DNA of 7,496 nucleotides from a virus (Duplodnaviria; Heunggongvirae; Uroviricota; Caudoviricetes): IMG/VR virus record IMGVR_UViG_2695420687_000013, positions 1 to 7,496 of that record; one strand, 5' to 3'. Shown piece by piece: positions 6,975 to 7,496 of this stretch (position 1 is its first letter; each line of letters starts with the position of its first letter). The notes under the pieces were generated by a model. It saw only the letters and a program-made list of their open reading frames with translations, ran no database searches and was not told where the DNA came from. The position numbers and the translations under genes were made by a program.

Positions 6975-7017
6975 TTGATGACCGACAGGGTGGCATTGTT
7001 AGAATAAGACTTATTCT
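6975..7017 (+). promoter_or_regulatory. Candidate sigma70 promoter with a perfect 8-1-8 inverted repeat, upstream of the TonB-C-like lipoprotein gene
   Basis: TTGATG (6975-6980), 19-nt spacer, TAGAAT (7000-7005). Inverted repeat AGAATAAG-a-CTTATTCT at 7001-7017 overlaps the -10 and predicted transcript start, 15 nt before the ATG at 7032. Spacer is longer than optimal; prediction by eye only. Confidence 0.3.
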
Positions 7018-7031
7018 TATCTGTGCCGGGA

Positions 7032-7364
7032 ATGAAAATGAAAAGAAATCTTCCGTTAATTATTTTGTTGTCTTCTCTGGTTATGGGCTGTACGCAACAT
7101 AAAACAGATATGCCCCGACAGTTGGTTAAGGCATTACCACAATATCCGGCCTATGCAGCGGCAAATTATATAAAGGGACGGGTTGATGTGAAGTTTGATA
7201 TTGGTGCTGATGGTACTGTCACCCGAATTGAGTTTATCCGTTCAGAGCCGCACCATCTGTTTGATGAGCAGGTTGTAAAGGCGATGGCAAAATGGCGATT
7301 TGAGAAGGATAGGCCGCGTAAAGGCGTGAAGAAAACGTTTATCTTTAGTCCTTCTGCACCCTGA
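7032..7364 (+). CDS. Prophage lipoprotein with a TonB C-terminal-like domain
   Basis: Signal peptide MKMKRNLPLIILLSSLVMGC with lipobox VMGC and Thr at +2. Mature region LPQYPAYAAANYIKGRVDVKFDIGADGTVTRIEFIRSEPHHLFDEQVVKAMAKWRF matches the TonB C-terminal signature as recalled from E. coli TonB (PQYPARAQALRIEGQVKVKFDV..DGRV..WRY). Alternative starts GTG 7023 or ATG 7038. Stop TGA 7362-7364. Confidence 0.75.
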   Translation: MKMKRNLPLIILLSSLVMGCTQHKTDMPRQLVKALPQYPAYAAANYIKGRVDVKFDIGADGTVTRIEFIRSEPHHLFDEQVVKAMAKWRFEKDRPRKGVKKTFIFSPSAP

Positions 7365-7440
7365 TTATTTCATCAGAAATTAATTATCACTCTGTTGTTA
7401 TTCTGTACATTCCGGCTGGGTAAGTCTTGTTCCGCCGGGT

Positions 7441-7496
7441 ATGAATCTCCTGCTGGACGAACGCAGTTACGATACAGAAGATGGAATGAAGTTCAT
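7441..7496 (+). CDS. Possible 5' end of a downstream gene running off the window (MNLLLDERSYDTEDGMKF...)
   Basis: ATG at 7441, open to the window end; weak RBS; only 18 codons visible and no recognisable motif. Confidence 0.2.
   Translation, partial: MNLLLDERSYDTEDGMKF

Noticed and set aside
7001..7017. Calling the palindrome a Fur box
   Set aside because: It matches only about 12 of 19 positions of the Fur consensus by eye; reported only as an inverted repeat and candidate operator.
6693..7102. Plus-strand ORFs 6693..6929 and 6896..7102 in the spacer after Rz
   Set aside because: No RBS, Arg/Ser-rich or nonsensical translations; the second overlaps the promoter and start of the TonB-C-like gene. 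More likely non-coding regulatory DNA. No bor-like lipoprotein ORF was found on either strand here.
1779..7496. Calling the element an Stx-converting phage, or finding tRNA or CRISPR features
   Set aside because: No stx, Q or tRNA sequence is in the window; the cassette type is shared by many non-toxigenic lambdoid prophages. No repeat-spacer arrays or tRNA-like cloverleaf candidates were seen.

Overview
This window looks like enterobacterial (E. coli-type) DNA made of two unrelated blocks joined at a short stretch of ambiguous bases (1758-1777). Left block (1-~1757): the 3' part of a Set-family MFS sugar-efflux gene (setC-like) and the 5' two-thirds of an EamA/DMT transporter gene (yicL-like). 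Right block (~1779-7496): a lambdoid (phage 21 / Stx-phage type) late-lysis region, all on the + strand. It contains a 5'-truncated prophage sialate O-acetylesterase (nanS-p-like), an intrinsic terminator, a single-start S21-type pinholin, a small YdfR-like cytoplasmic protein, a SAR-type T4-like lysozyme, a KilAC-type antirepressor, two tiny overlapping hydrophobic ORFs, Rz with Rz1 embedded in the +1 frame, and a lipoprotein with a TonB C-terminal-like domain preceded by a perfect palindrome. No tRNA, rRNA, CRISPR array, integrase or stx genes are present in the window. All homology statements come from reading the translations and recalling family motifs; no database search was run. The most interesting items are the host/phage junction, the TonB-C-like lipoprotein, and the two unannotated membrane micro-ORFs between ant and Rz.
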